A DNA stretch of 64,000 nucleotides, taken from Candidatus Stahliibacteriota bacterium (lineage in GTDB: Bacteria; Hydrothermota; Tepidihabitantia; SM23-42). Both the position numbers and the translations under genes were made by a program. This document shows positions 19,149-29,919 of this stretch, piece by piece (position 1 is the stretch's first letter; each line of letters begins with the position of its first letter). The notes beneath the pieces were generated by a model. The model was not told where the DNA came from. It saw nothing but the letters and a program-made list of their open reading frames with translations, and did no database searches. The stretch lies in the NCBI GenBank assembly GCA_030609135.1, contig JAUWCU010000001.1:927-64926 (forward strand), read 5' to 3'.

Positions 19149-20720
19149 TTAAGGACGGTATCTCAGAGGGCAAGACAAGCACCGCTTAGCTTCTTTCTTT
19201 AACTCATTTTTAGATACCTTCAACTCAACTTCCTCAAAATCGTGTATTCTGTCTTCGACCTTTCGATGGGGGATTACCATCCTTTCTACAGGATGTAGAG
19301 GAAGAAAAAATACATGAGGGTAATAGGTTCTCTTCAGTATTCTAGCGAATAATGGATGTATTCCTCTCATATACAAATCTATCTGCTCAGCTGCATTCAG
19401 ACCGTGCCCAACTGCGTGGGCAACGGTTTTGCTACCCAAGACCGCATCGCCCCCGGCAAAAATCTTTGGATGAGACGTTCTCCAGTTCTTCGTCTTGATA
19501 CAACCGGATGTGTCACTCTTTAAATACTCCTTCAGAAAATCTGTATCAGGATATTGTCCAATAGCCATGACGATATGATCCAAATCGACATCAAATTCAC
19601 TTCCCTGTATTACCTTTACACCACCTTTTCTACCCTCTCGGCATTCAGTCTTTTGCATGATTATTCTGTTTTCCTCTATCTTTATTGGTACTGTAAGCGG
19701 TACAATTTCAATCCCTTCCTCCTGGGCTTCCACTCGGTCTTCACGTTCAGCCGGCATATCCTCTATCCTTCTTCTGTAGTATATCTTCACTTCATTACCT
19801 TGCCTTATCAAACTACGCGCGATATCAATCGCCGTATTGCCACCGCCAATAACGCCAACCTTACCCAACTTGAATTTTTCACCCTTTTTTATCTGCCTGA
19901 GAATGTCAAAACCGACCAGTGCCCTCTTTTCACCTGGGATACCGAGTTTTGTCGGCTTCCACGCGCCGGTAGCGACAAAGACAATATCATAAGTTTCCAA
20001 TAGCTCATCCATGGATAAATCCTTACCAACTGCGACACCGTACTTCAGTTCAACACCAACATTCATTGCGGCCTCAATTTCCTTATCTAATAAAGATTGA
20101 GGAAGACGAAACTCTGGTATTAATGTAGCGAGAACGCCGCCCGGTTTTTGTTCTCTCTCAAATACAGTAACCCCGTATCCTTTATTCACAAGATAGTACG
20201 CTGCAGTCAAACCACATGGACCTGCACCTATTACTGCGATTCGCTCTTTTTTTGTTTTCTGCTTAGGGGTTGGCACCTGCATCTTTACGCCAGACTTGAG
20301 ATATCTTATTGCAACAGCTGCATCAATTCCTCTCCTTGTGCACTGATCTTCACAAGGGGCTGGACAGATGAGTTCAAGAGTTCTGAAAAAAGGCACGAAT
20401 GAATACGGTTGACTATTATCTGCTGCAACAAGATTTACATATATCCAGGGCGCAATGCCCGCCGGACATGCCTTTTCACAGGGTGGCTTTTCATAGCCAA
20501 CCCCTTTATACGCATCATACACGTTGTATAGCCAAACCAAAACCCAAGCAGCGAGCAAACCCCAGAACCCAGGGTTGAATCCTGTCCAGATTTTAATCAT
20601 TATGGCAATCGAGCCGTAAAAGAAGACTGCAAATGAAATTCCAGCCCACAATCTGCCTGAACAAATCTGACCACCACCGACTACAAATGCTGATATAAGT
20701 GCTGCCTTACCGTACTTCAT
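19149..20720 (-). CDS. Membrane-anchored GltD-like NAD(P)H:FAD oxidoreductase with Fe-S cysteine clusters (glutamate synthase small-subunit family)
   Basis: N-terminal TM helices, CEKACPAG / CPAPCEDQC Cys clusters, GAGPCGLTAA dinucleotide-binding motif, second GGGNTAID Rossmann motif. Confidence 0.75.
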   Translation of the reverse strand: MKYGKAALISAFVVGGGQICSGRLWAGISFAVFFYGSIAIMIKIWTGFNPGFWGLLAAWVLVWLYNVYDAYKGVGYEKPPCEKACPAGIAPWIYVNLVAADNSQPYSFVPFFRTLELICPAPCEDQCTRRGIDAAVAIRYLKSGVKMQVPTPKQKTKKERIAVIGAGPCGLTAAYYLVNKGYGVTVFEREQKPGGVLATLIPEFRLPQSLLDKEIEAAMNVGVELKYGVAVGKDLSMDELLETYDIVFVATGAWKPTKLGIPGEKRALVGFDILRQIKKGEKFKLGKVGVIGGGNTAIDIARSLIRQGNEVKIYYRRRIEDMPAEREDRVEAQEEGIEIVPLTVPIKIEENRIIMQKTECREGRKGGVKVIQGSEFDVDLDHIVMAIGQYPDTDFLKEYLKSDTSGCIKTKNWRTSHPKIFAGGDAVLGSKTVAHAVGHGLNAAEQIDLYMRGIHPLFARILKRTYYPHVFFLPLHPVERMVIPHRKVEDRIHDFEEVELKVSKNELKKEAKRCLSCPLRYRP

Positions 20721-21501
20721 ATTTGATCGCCTTTGTTGGACACACCTTTACACAATCCAAGCAACGTATACAGTCAATGTGATTTGACGACTGATAAATG
20801 GGCACATCCATGGGGCAAACCATTCTGCACGATTCGCACTCAATACACTTTTCCTTATCTATCTGCAGTTTCAAAAGGCTGAAACGATTGAATATCGAGT
20901 ATATTGCCCCAACCGGACATAAAGTACGACAGAAAAATCTTTTAATTGATATCGAAAATAATATAACTGCTACTAATATCGCTGCCTTCATATAAAAATG
21001 CCAGCCAACAAGTGCTTTGAGGTCACTAGTCTTGTCTGATAGAACTAACGGGATCCCGGCAATCAAATTACCATCCGGGCATAATTTGCAAAACCACGGT
21101 TCTCCAATAAAATAAGGGAGCATTATTGCAGCACCAACAAGCATAGCATATTTAAAATAAGAACACCACCTTGGCAATTTCATTTTCGCTGATCTTATTT
21201 TGTATAATAGATCCTGGAAAAACCCAAATGGACATATCCAACCACACGACATCCTTCCCACAATCATACCAACTGTACCAAAGAGCCCTATGATGTAATA
21301 CGGAATCAGCCTCAAAGCAATGAAGTGCTGAAGTCCACCCATAGGACATGAATACCAAGCAAGTGGACATCCCCAGCAATTCAAGATTGGTGTACAGCCT
21401 TTTTTGAGAAAACCCTGATATAAACCACCCTTTAAAAGAGCTGGAATGTATGAATTATGAATTATTACGGCGATGATTTGAATAATCCGCTTTAACTTCA
21501 T
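20707..21501 (-). CDS. Membrane polyferredoxin (NapH/CcoG-like 4Fe-4S protein)
   Basis: Multiple TM helices, CxxCxxCxxxCP motifs CIECESCRMVCP and CIRCLDCVKVCP. Confidence 0.75.
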   Translation of the reverse strand: MKLKRIIQIIAVIIHNSYIPALLKGGLYQGFLKKGCTPILNCWGCPLAWYSCPMGGLQHFIALRLIPYYIIGLFGTVGMIVGRMSCGWICPFGFFQDLLYKIRSAKMKLPRWCSYFKYAMLVGAAIMLPYFIGEPWFCKLCPDGNLIAGIPLVLSDKTSDLKALVGWHFYMKAAILVAVILFSISIKRFFCRTLCPVGAIYSIFNRFSLLKLQIDKEKCIECESCRMVCPMDVPIYQSSNHIDCIRCLDCVKVCPTKAIKYEVR

Positions 21502-21635
21502 TCAATCCCCATACAAGATAAACACATCACCGAACCAACAGTTTCAGTTTCATCAAAATCGCCAAGTACACCACCGTAGATAATGCTGGCAATAAATATG
21601 GCAGCAAACATAAGAATGAAAATAATCTTTTTCAT
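21498..21635 (-). CDS. Small 45 aa membrane peptide MKKIIFILMFAAIFIASIIYGGVLGDFDETETVGSVMCLSCMGIE, translationally coupled (ATGA overlap) to polyferredoxin
   Basis: Hand-translated ORF below the 60 aa cutoff of the ORF track; single TM + acidic stretch + CxxC; stop TGA overlaps ATG of next gene. Confidence 0.4.
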   Translation of the reverse strand: MKKIIFILMFAAIFIASIIYGGVLGDFDETETVGSVMCLSCMGIE

Positions 21636-21703
21636 GATCTTTTCCTATTTACAAAATCATTAGTGTCATGTTTAAAATCTGTGTTGTCATAAAACCAATT
21701 AAC

Positions 21704-23227
21704 TTAGAACATGCTGGTTAGTACCAATTTGACACCCCGGAAGGGCTCTTCGAATCGACAGACGCCACCAGAACATACTAAACCACCTTTTTCCGCACCA
21801 ACCCGCAAGCGCAGATTATGGCGGCGCGTCAAATCAAGGCTCAACTCGACCATTGGCCAAGATGTTTCCTCACCGAGTTTAGGTATCAGCCAATCCGGCG
21901 GTTTGCGGCTGCGCCTTTCATAGCGTACAGAGAGCACAAACATCTCCGGTTTCCCTATTGACAAAGAAACAGCATGATCATAGTAATCACTCGTGTCACT
22001 GGATACGATATTGTGTTCATAACCAGCGTCAACAAAAAACAAACCAAAATCACAGGTAATTTCAATATAGGGTTTGGTTTCGATTTTTTCCTGTATGGGC
22101 AGTTCAATCCCCTGTTTGATCATCCTTTCAATACCGGTTGTAATTTCCACATTGGAACTCGGGTGAGTAGTAAGCTTGGCAATCTGTTCAAGCACACCAT
22201 CCATGTCCTCATCGAGATTTATTATTTCCTCAAACATACCCGATGACGCATCATGGGTTGAGATTTTATTATTGCTCAGCTCCAGTGAGATAAAATCAAA
22301 TGGTGAAGCAACTACTGTTGCACCATAACCAATCTCATCAATCCCACGGTTCACAGAAACCCCGGATTTTATGGGCGTTGGTGGTTCATTATAACGGTAC
22401 CCTGGACCGCCAAAACCAATGTTGTCGTAGTTAACATATTGACATGAAATACCCAGACCAGGGATAGCAAGACCAGTGGAAAGAAGAAACCCGTCGCCTT
22501 TTAACCGACCCCCGACTACTGGGTAAGTACCCCATTGCCGTCCATACTCAAAATAACTCTCCCAGGGTCCAATGGTCAAACCAGCATTACCACCGAACAA
22601 TTCAGTAAATGCCTGGGGTGTCAGATCAGAAACCCGGTTCACGCGCACATAGCGACCAGCAAACGAGGTGACAATATTGACCCGCTTTTTGGACAGCGGC
22701 AACTTGATTTCATAATTTGCACCTCTGACTTGATCGGTCGTATCGTTTTTTACCGAATAGCTGAGTTGTTCAAAAAAAATATTCCTCGGTTTACCAGTAA
22801 GTAATGTCAACCGACTATTAAAGAATTTAATATCTGCTTTCAGACCGAATAAAGAGTTATCATTATTAAAATCCTCGTCAAGGAATTGATTGAGCACCAA
22901 ACCCCTGCCAAATGTCGGGTAATACGTACCATAGAGAACACTCACCGGGTCTTTTCGATACTGCGCAGTGAAATCAAAGTATTGGAGCGAACCAGGGACG
23001 GCTATTGATGGATCCCAAAAAAAGAAAACACCTTTGAGCATGATATCTTTGTAATTAACCTTGAGTTTTAGTTTTTCAGTAAGGTGTTCCTTGTAGTTAA
23101 GACTGTCTAATCGGCGGTCAACAAATACCCAGTACTCAGCATGGTTCGCGCCACTGACACGTATATCTGATGCAGCAAGCAGATTGCACACTGTAAGTAA
23201 GAACAGAGTTTTACTCGCCAGTTTCAT
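21704..23227 (-). CDS. Putative outer-membrane beta-barrel protein (likely start at MKLASKTLFLL signal peptide; ORF extends to 23284)
   Basis: Signal peptide, beta-strand-rich composition, C-terminal ...LVLTSMF ending in Phe. Confidence 0.5.
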   Translation of the reverse strand: MKLASKTLFLLTVCNLLAASDIRVSGANHAEYWVFVDRRLDSLNYKEHLTEKLKLKVNYKDIMLKGVFFFWDPSIAVPGSLQYFDFTAQYRKDPVSVLYGTYYPTFGRGLVLNQFLDEDFNNDNSLFGLKADIKFFNSRLTLLTGKPRNIFFEQLSYSVKNDTTDQVRGANYEIKLPLSKKRVNIVTSFAGRYVRVNRVSDLTPQAFTELFGGNAGLTIGPWESYFEYGRQWGTYPVVGGRLKGDGFLLSTGLAIPGLGISCQYVNYDNIGFGGPGYRYNEPPTPIKSGVSVNRGIDEIGYGATVVASPFDFISLELSNNKISTHDASSGMFEEIINLDEDMDGVLEQIAKLTTHPSSNVEITTGIERMIKQGIELPIQEKIETKPYIEITCDFGLFFVDAGYEHNIVSSDTSDYYDHAVSLSIGKPEMFVLSVRYERRSRKPPDWLIPKLGEETSWPMVELSLDLTRRHNLRLRVGAEKGGLVCSGGVCRFEEPFRGVKLVLTSMF

Positions 23228-23741
23228 CCTTTTCACCTTCATTAAATAACTCACGCATCGTCTCAATAAGGACCTCCTCATCACCCGGTTTATAACCCAT
23301 GTGGGTGAAGACGATCTGTTTGTCCTGGTTGATTATGAAACTTGACGGCATTGCCTGGACATTGTACAGGTCGCGCAGGATATCATCCGGGTCCATGACA
23401 ATTACGTACTTCCACTTATGGCTCTGAGCAAAAGGTTTGACATTAGGCACACTTCTTGCCTTATCAACACTAATCGCCAAAAGGTTCATGTTCAAAGCAT
23501 CAAACTCATCATAGTATGGCTTAAGCGCATCGAGTTCTTTAATGCACATCTTGCACCATAGCGCCCAGAAACTCATAAAGACCGGGCCATCAGCAAGGAG
23601 CGAATCAAGACATACGGTATTGCCGTCAACGTCCTCAAGCGTGAAATCAGGGGCATCGATTATCTCTCCTTCATCAGCAAAGGCGAATATAAATGGTATT
23701 AAAAAAACAAATGCGAATTTTCTCATTCTATTTCTCCTCAA
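23211..23741 (-). CDS. TlpA/ResA-like secreted thiol:disulfide oxidoreductase (thioredoxin fold)
   Basis: Signal peptide MRKFAFVFLIPFIFA, redox motif WALWCKMCIKE (CxxC). Confidence 0.8.
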   Translation of the reverse strand: MRRNRMRKFAFVFLIPFIFAFADEGEIIDAPDFTLEDVDGNTVCLDSLLADGPVFMSFWALWCKMCIKELDALKPYYDEFDALNMNLLAISVDKARSVPNVKPFAQSHKWKYVIVMDPDDILRDLYNVQAMPSSFIINQDKQIVFTHMGYKPGDEEVLIETMRELFNEGEKDETGE

Positions 23742-24456
23742 AAGGACTAATTATTGACTGCATCACTTCTTTGGTATCTATATCCTGAACAAAAACGACT
23801 GTTTTCATATCGTTTACCGGTATTGCATGGGAAAAGGTTATGATCGTATCAAGTGTATCAGGATATGTTAGCTCAACTGGAAAAAAATAAAGTTCCTGGC
23901 ATATGTACATAAACGTTGTGTAGGCACCAGGCAAGCTATCCTGTAGAATCGCTACATAGACAATAATCTCGTCATCCGGGATCGTATCCGCAGTCACAAT
24001 AGTAAGATCTATGGACCCTGTAGACGGCGATGCCGCAGCGTTATTAATATACAAATTAAAGTACGGCGTCGCAGTACGAGCGATTTCTACACGTGCGGCA
24101 AACAAACTATCATATTCCCCAGGGTTAGGTTCCCACACAACGTCGGGGCCGTCAAAAAACACATACCACGGTACCAGTCCAGTATTATAAAATGCTTCAC
24201 GCTCGTCAGCAGCTGGATTATTATAAGTTCCCCCTATATGGTAGGAAATAATAGCAAGTGTATCACCGTAATAAGATAGTGAATCAGTAAGTGCCCGCTC
24301 CGCGAGCGCACAAAACCCTCAGTTATCCTCAGTAAAGATCTCAGCGAGTACGACCCGGTCAGTTGGTTCTGGAAATTCAACTTCCGGCGCATCAGAACAG
24401 ACACTTAAGAATAGTAATATTATTGCCAATGGAATAAAAAAAACAAGTTTTTTCAT
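23728..24456 (-). CDS. Candidate secreted selenoprotein (single in-frame TGA at 24319-24321 giving U-G-F-C); signal peptide/lipobox-like N-terminus
   Basis: ATG 24456 frame is continuous to stop at 23728 except one TGA; upstream MKKLVFFIPLAIILLFLSVCS signal peptide only makes sense if read through; hairpin follows TGA. Confidence 0.5.
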
Positions 24457-24543
24457 AAGCGAATTATACAAACATAAACCCATTTGTCAATAGGAAATTA
24501 GTTGTTAGTCCTGTATATTCCGCTTTTCCTCTTACCTTACAAC

Positions 24544-25590
24544 TTACCTTACAACAATCTTTCCAGATGTATTTGCCAGCAGACTCGTAAATTCATAGAA
24601 GTAGATGCCTGAGCTCATTGTCTGGCCTTTGCTGTCTCGCACATTCCATTGGACTGCGCTATGCTTGCCCAAAGATACTCCCTTGAACTTCTTGATTCGA
24701 CGACCTGATACATCGTAAATAGCTATGGTGTATTCCAAACCGGCAGGCAACTCAAATACAAACCCTGTTTCCCCAACACAAGGATTAGGCATAACAAGCA
24801 CCTGGTTCCTTTTCACATCCGTGTTCACTTCTTCAACCCCGAGTTCAGTTACTTTTTTCATACCGCCCTGCCAGATTTCAAATGTGCTGTCAACTTGCAT
24901 GCTATCATTCTGTATCCACGCTATAATTGTACAATGATTATCATTCCATATGGGATTTATGGTAAAAGGTTGTGTGACAATTGCATAGTCACTTGCCGGA
25001 ATAGATACAAGAGTTCCGTTATAGTCAGGCAAGTAGTCACGGGGTACATGATTGTGCCATTCAACACTATTTGGCGCCATGTAATACAAACTGTCTTCAG
25101 TAATAACAATTATTACCCTGCCATTAACAGTCGCAGTAGAATCATTTTGCAAATGGACATTAACTGTACCTTCTCCAGTTGACGGTGTATACTCTCCCCA
25201 CATGGTTATTGTTACCGGCGCAGGCATTGCCATGCGGTCAGTTATCATTGACTCCCATAACATATAGTCAAAACCACCGTGTTGATTACCGTCATACCAT
25301 AACCATGGTTCAAAGTACACACCATAGAATGGCGGCGGATAATAATGTATCCGTTGATACGCTTCTTCTAAATAGAACGAATCCGCAGAGCTGAAGTGCA
25401 CATCAACGACAGCGACTCGACCCGGGTATGTCACTGCAATCTGTGCCAGTGTCCCACTGGCAGTTCCGCAATCAGGTCATTCCTCGTCGCCAATATGCTC
25501 GCAAACAACAACGCGCTCGGCGGCAAAGCTCGTATTTACGAACAATATACAAAGAACAAGACTTATGAGTACTTTGACTAAGTTTTGCAT
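24544..25590 (-). CDS. Candidate secreted selenoprotein paralog (in-frame TGA at 25477-25479 giving U-P-D-C) with T9SS C-terminal sorting domain
   Basis: ATG 25590 signal peptide MQNLVKVLISLVLCILFVNTSFA in frame with 24544..25434 ORF through one TGA; hairpin TGCCAGTG-GGA-CACTGGCA 14 nt downstream; C-terminal T9SS CTD. Confidence 0.5.
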
Positions 25591-25623
25591 AAAATCTCCT
25601 CTCTTTTTGTGCCTTAATTATAT

Positions 25624-25858
25624 GTAACAGTTTAGCTATCCTAAAATTGTAGTAGCCTGATTTATCAGGCATTGCAATAACGAAGTTATTGCACTAAAAG
25701 AAGCCCAATTCACCCCGTTAGATAACTGTCTTCGCCGAAACTCCGCACTATTAAAACCACCATGTATCTAACGGGGTAAATTGGGCAACTACATTATTTT
25801 ATACCATTTCTGGCAATTTGGCATCATTGTTTTTATCATTTTTTAGAATAGCTTACCT
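25624..25858 (-). ncRNA. Repeat element family A, copy 2 (with ~70 nt insertion expanding hairpin 3), own consensus promoter at 25865-25892
   Basis: Reverse-complement match to 7255-7432; promoter TTGACA-16-TATAAT on minus strand. Confidence 0.45.
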
Positions 25859-25990
25859 ATTACAATTATATACACAATCACTTAAGTGTCAACAACTTTT
25901 GTACCCGCATGTACAATCGGTCAGATTCCATTTGACTGCCCCTTGACACAAGCCCCGCCCCCTATATAATACTGCAGGATACAGGTAATT

Positions 25991-26012
25991 GTACCTATAT
26001 ATAAATAGGTAC
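25991..26012. promoter_or_regulatory. Perfect palindrome GTACCTAT-ATATAA-ATAGGTAC upstream of NarL-type regulator; related site TACCCATATATAAATACGTAC at 29840-29860 upstream of its paralog
   Basis: Inverted repeat read directly; both sites about 65-85 nt upstream of paralogous RR genes; sigma70-like promoter at 25935-25965. Confidence 0.45.
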
Positions 26013-26075
26013 TAAATCTACTTGAAGATTGGGCAGAAATAGCATAATATCAGTAGAAATACGGAGATAATACTA

Positions 26076-26735
26076 ATGTATAATTTATTTCTTGCAGATG
26101 ACCACACCGTGCTAAGAAACGGTTTGAAACGTATTATTGAAGAGAATTCAGGCTACAAGATTGTAGGTGAAACTGGAGATGGTTTAGAGATCGTTCATCA
26201 ACTGCGGAAACTACGTCCTGATATGATAATATTAGATATATCCATGCCTGGCCTGCGCGGCATTGAGGCAATCAATAAAATCAGAAAATTCAATAAGAAT
26301 ATAAAAATCCTCATATTAACAATGCATAAAAATGATGAATATGTTTATGAATGTTTAGTCAATGGTGCTCAGGGATATTTGCTTAAGGACGATGCAGATA
26401 TAGAGTTGATTGCCGCAATAAAAGAAATACAGAAAAACAAAATCTATATTTCTTCATCTTTCTCCAGTGAGGTAATAAGCAAACTCGTGCAGCATAGAAG
26501 TAAGGAGCGAGATAAGAAACAGAGATCAGTCTTCAAAGACCTCTCCCCACGCGAAAGAGAGGTGCTTAAATTGATCGCGGAAGGCAATCAAAACAAAAAA
26601 GTTGCCAGGAAACTGGGGATAAGTGTCCGCACTGTCGAACACCATCGGTTAAGCATAATGAGAAAGTTGAACGTTTCTAATACTGCAGGTCTTGTAAAAT
26701 ACTCTATAAAAGCCGGCTTGGTTGAGCTAACGTAA
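26076..26735 (+). CDS. NarL/FixJ-family response regulator (REC + LuxR-type HTH)
   Basis: DDHTVLRNGL, phosphoacceptor-region LDISMPG, C-terminal LSPREREVLKLIAEGNQNKKVARKLGISVRTVEHHR. Confidence 0.9.
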   Translation: MYNLFLADDHTVLRNGLKRIIEENSGYKIVGETGDGLEIVHQLRKLRPDMIILDISMPGLRGIEAINKIRKFNKNIKILILTMHKNDEYVYECLVNGAQGYLLKDDADIELIAAIKEIQKNKIYISSSFSSEVISKLVQHRSKERDKKQRSVFKDLSPREREVLKLIAEGNQNKKVARKLGISVRTVEHHRLSIMRKLNVSNTAGLVKYSIKAGLVELT

Positions 26736-26743
26736 TTGTTAAC

Positions 26744-28690
26744 ATGAAGAACAGAAGGAAAAGGCGTAAAAGCATCACGAGAACGAGCAAACATCAGGCG
26801 AAATCAAAAGTAATCAAAAAAACAGGACTACAAACCGAAGAGAAATATTTATCTGTTCTCACGGAGCTACCCGATATAGTCTATAAAATCGATCAAGATG
26901 GACTTTTTACATTTATTAACAACGCAGTTCGCATCCTGGACTACAAAGCTGAGGAACTCATCGGGAAACATTTCAGTAAAATAGTCCACCCGGACGATGT
27001 AAAATCATTCAGCAGGCACTTTGTTTTACCACAATATAAGGGTAAAACAACTGGATATGAAAAAGCACCAAAACTCTTTGATGAAAGAAGAACCGGTAAA
27101 AGAAAAACAAAGAATCTTGTGATACGGTTAATCCCGAAGAAAAACAGAGATAAAAAACCAGAATCAATTATTGGTGCAGTTATTGCCTTTGGTGACGTGA
27201 GTTCCGCAGGATACTATGATACTTGTGTGATGAAAAGTGAAAAGGACTTCCTTGGTACACTCGGGATTATCAGAAATATCACAGCGACCAAACAAGTTGA
27301 GGAAAAACTTCATTACCAGGCTGATTTACTTCAAAATGTTTCAGACGCTATCATTTCAACTGACTTCAATTTTAAAATCCAAACTTGGAACAAGGCTGCA
27401 GAAAAGATGTATGGATGGAAAGCCCATGAAGTAATTGGACGTAATGTGTACAAAGTCACCAAGATAAGATATCCACATGACACGACGGAACATGTCCTGA
27501 AGGAATTTTTCAAAAGGACATACTGGCAAGGTGAAACGATCGAAATCAAGAAGGACCGTACTTCCATTCATGTACAAAGCTATGTAACCTTGATCAAACA
27601 CCACGACGAAAAGCCAATCGGTACAGTTGCGGTGAACCGTGATATAACCGCGCTCAAACGGGCTGAAGAGCAATTGCAACAATCCGAAGAAAAATACAGA
27701 AGTATAGTCGAATTGGCTCCTGATGGCATAATAATAGTTGATAAAAAAGGTATTATTACATCAGTTAATACACCTTACTGCAAACGAACGGGTTATTCTA
27801 AGGAAGATATCATTGGCAAACATATTTCAAAAATACCCACTGCACGGATAAAAGATATTCCGAAATACATCAAGATATTCAATGCCCTACTAAAGGGAAG
27901 AATATCTGAACCATTTAATTTTCAATGGATTCGCAAAGATGGAACTGTATATTGGGATGAAGTCCATGTTAGCATAATGAAAAAAGACGACAGGACAACA
28001 GGTTTTCAGGCGATCATAAGGGACATCACCGAACGCAAAAAGATCGAAAAAGCACTCAGGGTGTCACTAAAGGAAAAGGAAGCCCTTATTAAAGAAATCC
28101 ATCACCGTGTAAAAAACAACCTGCAGATCATATCGAGTCTATTGAATCTTCAGACAGCGCATATTCATGATGAATACTATAAAAATCTCTTCCGGGAAAG
28201 CCAAAACCGGATCAAATCAATGGCTCTCGTACATGAAAAGCTCTATCAATCAAAAGACGTTACGGCGATTAATGTACGTGATTATATAAATGGGCTTTTA
28301 AGGTATCTTTGCCATTCATACGGTATAGAACAAAACAGAATAGCGATTAAGACAGATATAGAAGATATCACTATGAATATTGACATTGCAATCCCATGTG
28401 GCTTGATCATTACAGAACTCGTTTCTAATTCACTAACCCATGCATTTGTTGAACCACACCGAGGTTCTCATGCAAAAATCACTATTAAAATCCATCTTTA
28501 CAGGAAAGACAAAGCAGTCCTCATCGTTAGTGACAATGGCATAGGTTTTCCTGATGGTTTAGATTTCAAGAAAACAGAATCACTTGGCATGCAATTGGTG
28601 TGTGTGCTCACTAAGCAATTGTCAGGCAATATAAAACTCACCAGAAACAAAGGTACTACCTTTACTATTACGTTCAAAAAAGGGAGTTAG
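26744..28690 (+). CDS. PAS-domain sensor histidine kinase (HisKA_2/HWE-type dimerisation domain + HATPase)
   Basis: Multiple PAS segments, H-box [21 protein letters not shown]-terminal ATPase G-boxes. Confidence 0.8.
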   Translation: MKNRRKRRKSITRTSKHQAKSKVIKKTGLQTEEKYLSVLTELPDIVYKIDQDGLFTFINNAVRILDYKAEELIGKHFSKIVHPDDVKSFSRHFVLPQYKGKTTGYEKAPKLFDERRTGKRKTKNLVIRLIPKKNRDKKPESIIGAVIAFGDVSSAGYYDTCVMKSEKDFLGTLGIIRNITATKQVEEKLHYQADLLQNVSDAIISTDFNFKIQTWNKAAEKMYGWKAHEVIGRNVYKVTKIRYPHDTTEHVLKEFFKRTYWQGETIEIKKDRTSIHVQSYVTLIKHHDEKPIGTVAVNRDITALKRAEEQLQQSEEKYRSIVELAPDGIIIVDKKGIITSVNTPYCKRTGYSKEDIIGKHISKIPTARIKDIPKYIKIFNALLKGRISEPFNFQWIRKDGTVYWDEVHVSIMKKDDRTTGFQAIIRDITERKKIEKALRVSLKEKEALIKEIHHRVKNNLQIISSLLNLQTAHIHDEYYKNLFRESQNRIKSMALVHEKLYQSKDVTAINVRDYINGLLRYLCHSYGIEQNRIAIKTDIEDITMNIDIAIPCGLIITELVSNSLTHAFVEPHRGSHAKITIKIHLYRKDKAVLIVSDNGIGFPDGLDFKKTESLGMQLVCVLTKQLSGNIKLTRNKGTTFTITFKKGS

Positions 28691-28694
28691 TGTT

Positions 28695-29765
28695 GTGAGA
28701 GAAGATACTGGATCGGTCAAAACGAAAATACTCATTGTTGAGGATGAAAACATCGTTGCCAGAGATATTCAACAGAGACTGAGAAGCCTGGGCTATGACG
28801 TCTTATCTATTGCATCAACTGGTGAATCAGCAATTAGCCAGACAGAAAAGAATCGACCCGACCTAATCCTAATGGACATCAAACTAAAAAGCGGTATGGA
28901 CGGTATTGAGACAGCAGAACATATCCATAACCGATTGGATATACCAGTAGTGTATCTTACAGCATATGCAGATAACCACACACTAGAACGTGCAAAAATC
29001 ACTGAACCATTTGGATACATTATTAAACCAGTTGAGGATACCGAACTTAAATCAGCTATCGAGTTAGCTCTTTATAGACATACCACAGAAGTTAAACTAA
29101 AGCTTGAACAACAGAGAGTAAAGGAACTCACGCATAAAATCATTACTGCCCAGGAAGAAGAGCGCCTGTATTTAGCTTCGGAAATACATGATGACCTTCT
29201 TCAGGGACTGGTCGCCGTATTATACTTCCTGCAGATGATTGATCTATCATCCCTAGACCAAAAGACGCAAAACCAAAAAAAAGAACTGATCAAAATCATC
29301 AAATCCTCGATCGGCAGATGCCGTGGTTTGATAAGTGAAATAGAACCACTCCGCGAACCCAAAATGGGTTTAATTCAGGCAATAAAAAAATCAATCGACC
29401 AAAAGTTCGTCAATGCCGACATCAAGGTTCACTTAGACTACCCAGAAAAAATCGCAAAAATCAATCTCCTCACCAAAACCAATATCCTTCGTATCATTCA
29501 GGAAGCTTTAACAAACGTACAAAAGCATGCCGATGCAACAGAAGTTTTTATAAAAATAACAACCTCGAGGGGTAAATTAAGACTAAAGGTCAAAGACAAC
29601 GGCATTGGATTTAATCCAAAATCGATTCCTTTAAAAACGAGCCCACACTATGGACTCCTCACCATGCGAGAAAGAGCGCAGCTCATTGGTGGCGAACTTA
29701 CGCTTTCCAGTCGTCCTGGCAAGGGAACAACTATCAAGGGTATTTTTCCATTAATATTCAGGTAA
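28695..29765 (+). CDS. Hybrid REC + HisKA_3 + HATPase histidine kinase (NarX/DegS-like)
   Basis: Receiver ILIVEDE...[10 protein letters not shown]-box [19 protein letters not shown], ATPase DNGIGF...[14 protein letters not shown]. Confidence 0.8.
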   Translation: MREDTGSVKTKILIVEDENIVARDIQQRLRSLGYDVLSIASTGESAISQTEKNRPDLILMDIKLKSGMDGIETAEHIHNRLDIPVVYLTAYADNHTLERAKITEPFGYIIKPVEDTELKSAIELALYRHTTEVKLKLEQQRVKELTHKIITAQEEERLYLASEIHDDLLQGLVAVLYFLQMIDLSSLDQKTQNQKKELIKIIKSSIGRCRGLISEIEPLREPKMGLIQAIKKSIDQKFVNADIKVHLDYPEKIAKINLLTKTNILRIIQEALTNVQKHADATEVFIKITTSRGKLRLKVKDNGIGFNPKSIPLKTSPHYGLLTMRERAQLIGGELTLSSRPGKGTTIKGIFPLIFR

Positions 29766-29919
29766 TAATCTGCACTGTCTGGGCAGACCAAGAAGCACGA
29801 AAAATAGTCTGATTTTACAAAGTAGACTATTAGTAATCCTACCCATATATAAATACGTACTTTTCACGATTGCTTTACCCCATTCAACATTTAGAATATA
29901 GAATAATAGGGAAATAGAA

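Noticed and set aside
24163-24456. Reading the signal-peptide stretches upstream of 24162 and 25434 as independent small ORFs terminated by TGA
   Set aside because: Both are exactly in frame with the large downstream ORFs, and the downstream ORFs lack their own ATG plus signal peptide. TGA conserved at the same aligned position in two paralogs favours read-through (Sec) over two coincidental pseudogenes. Kept as a CDS with an internal TGA.
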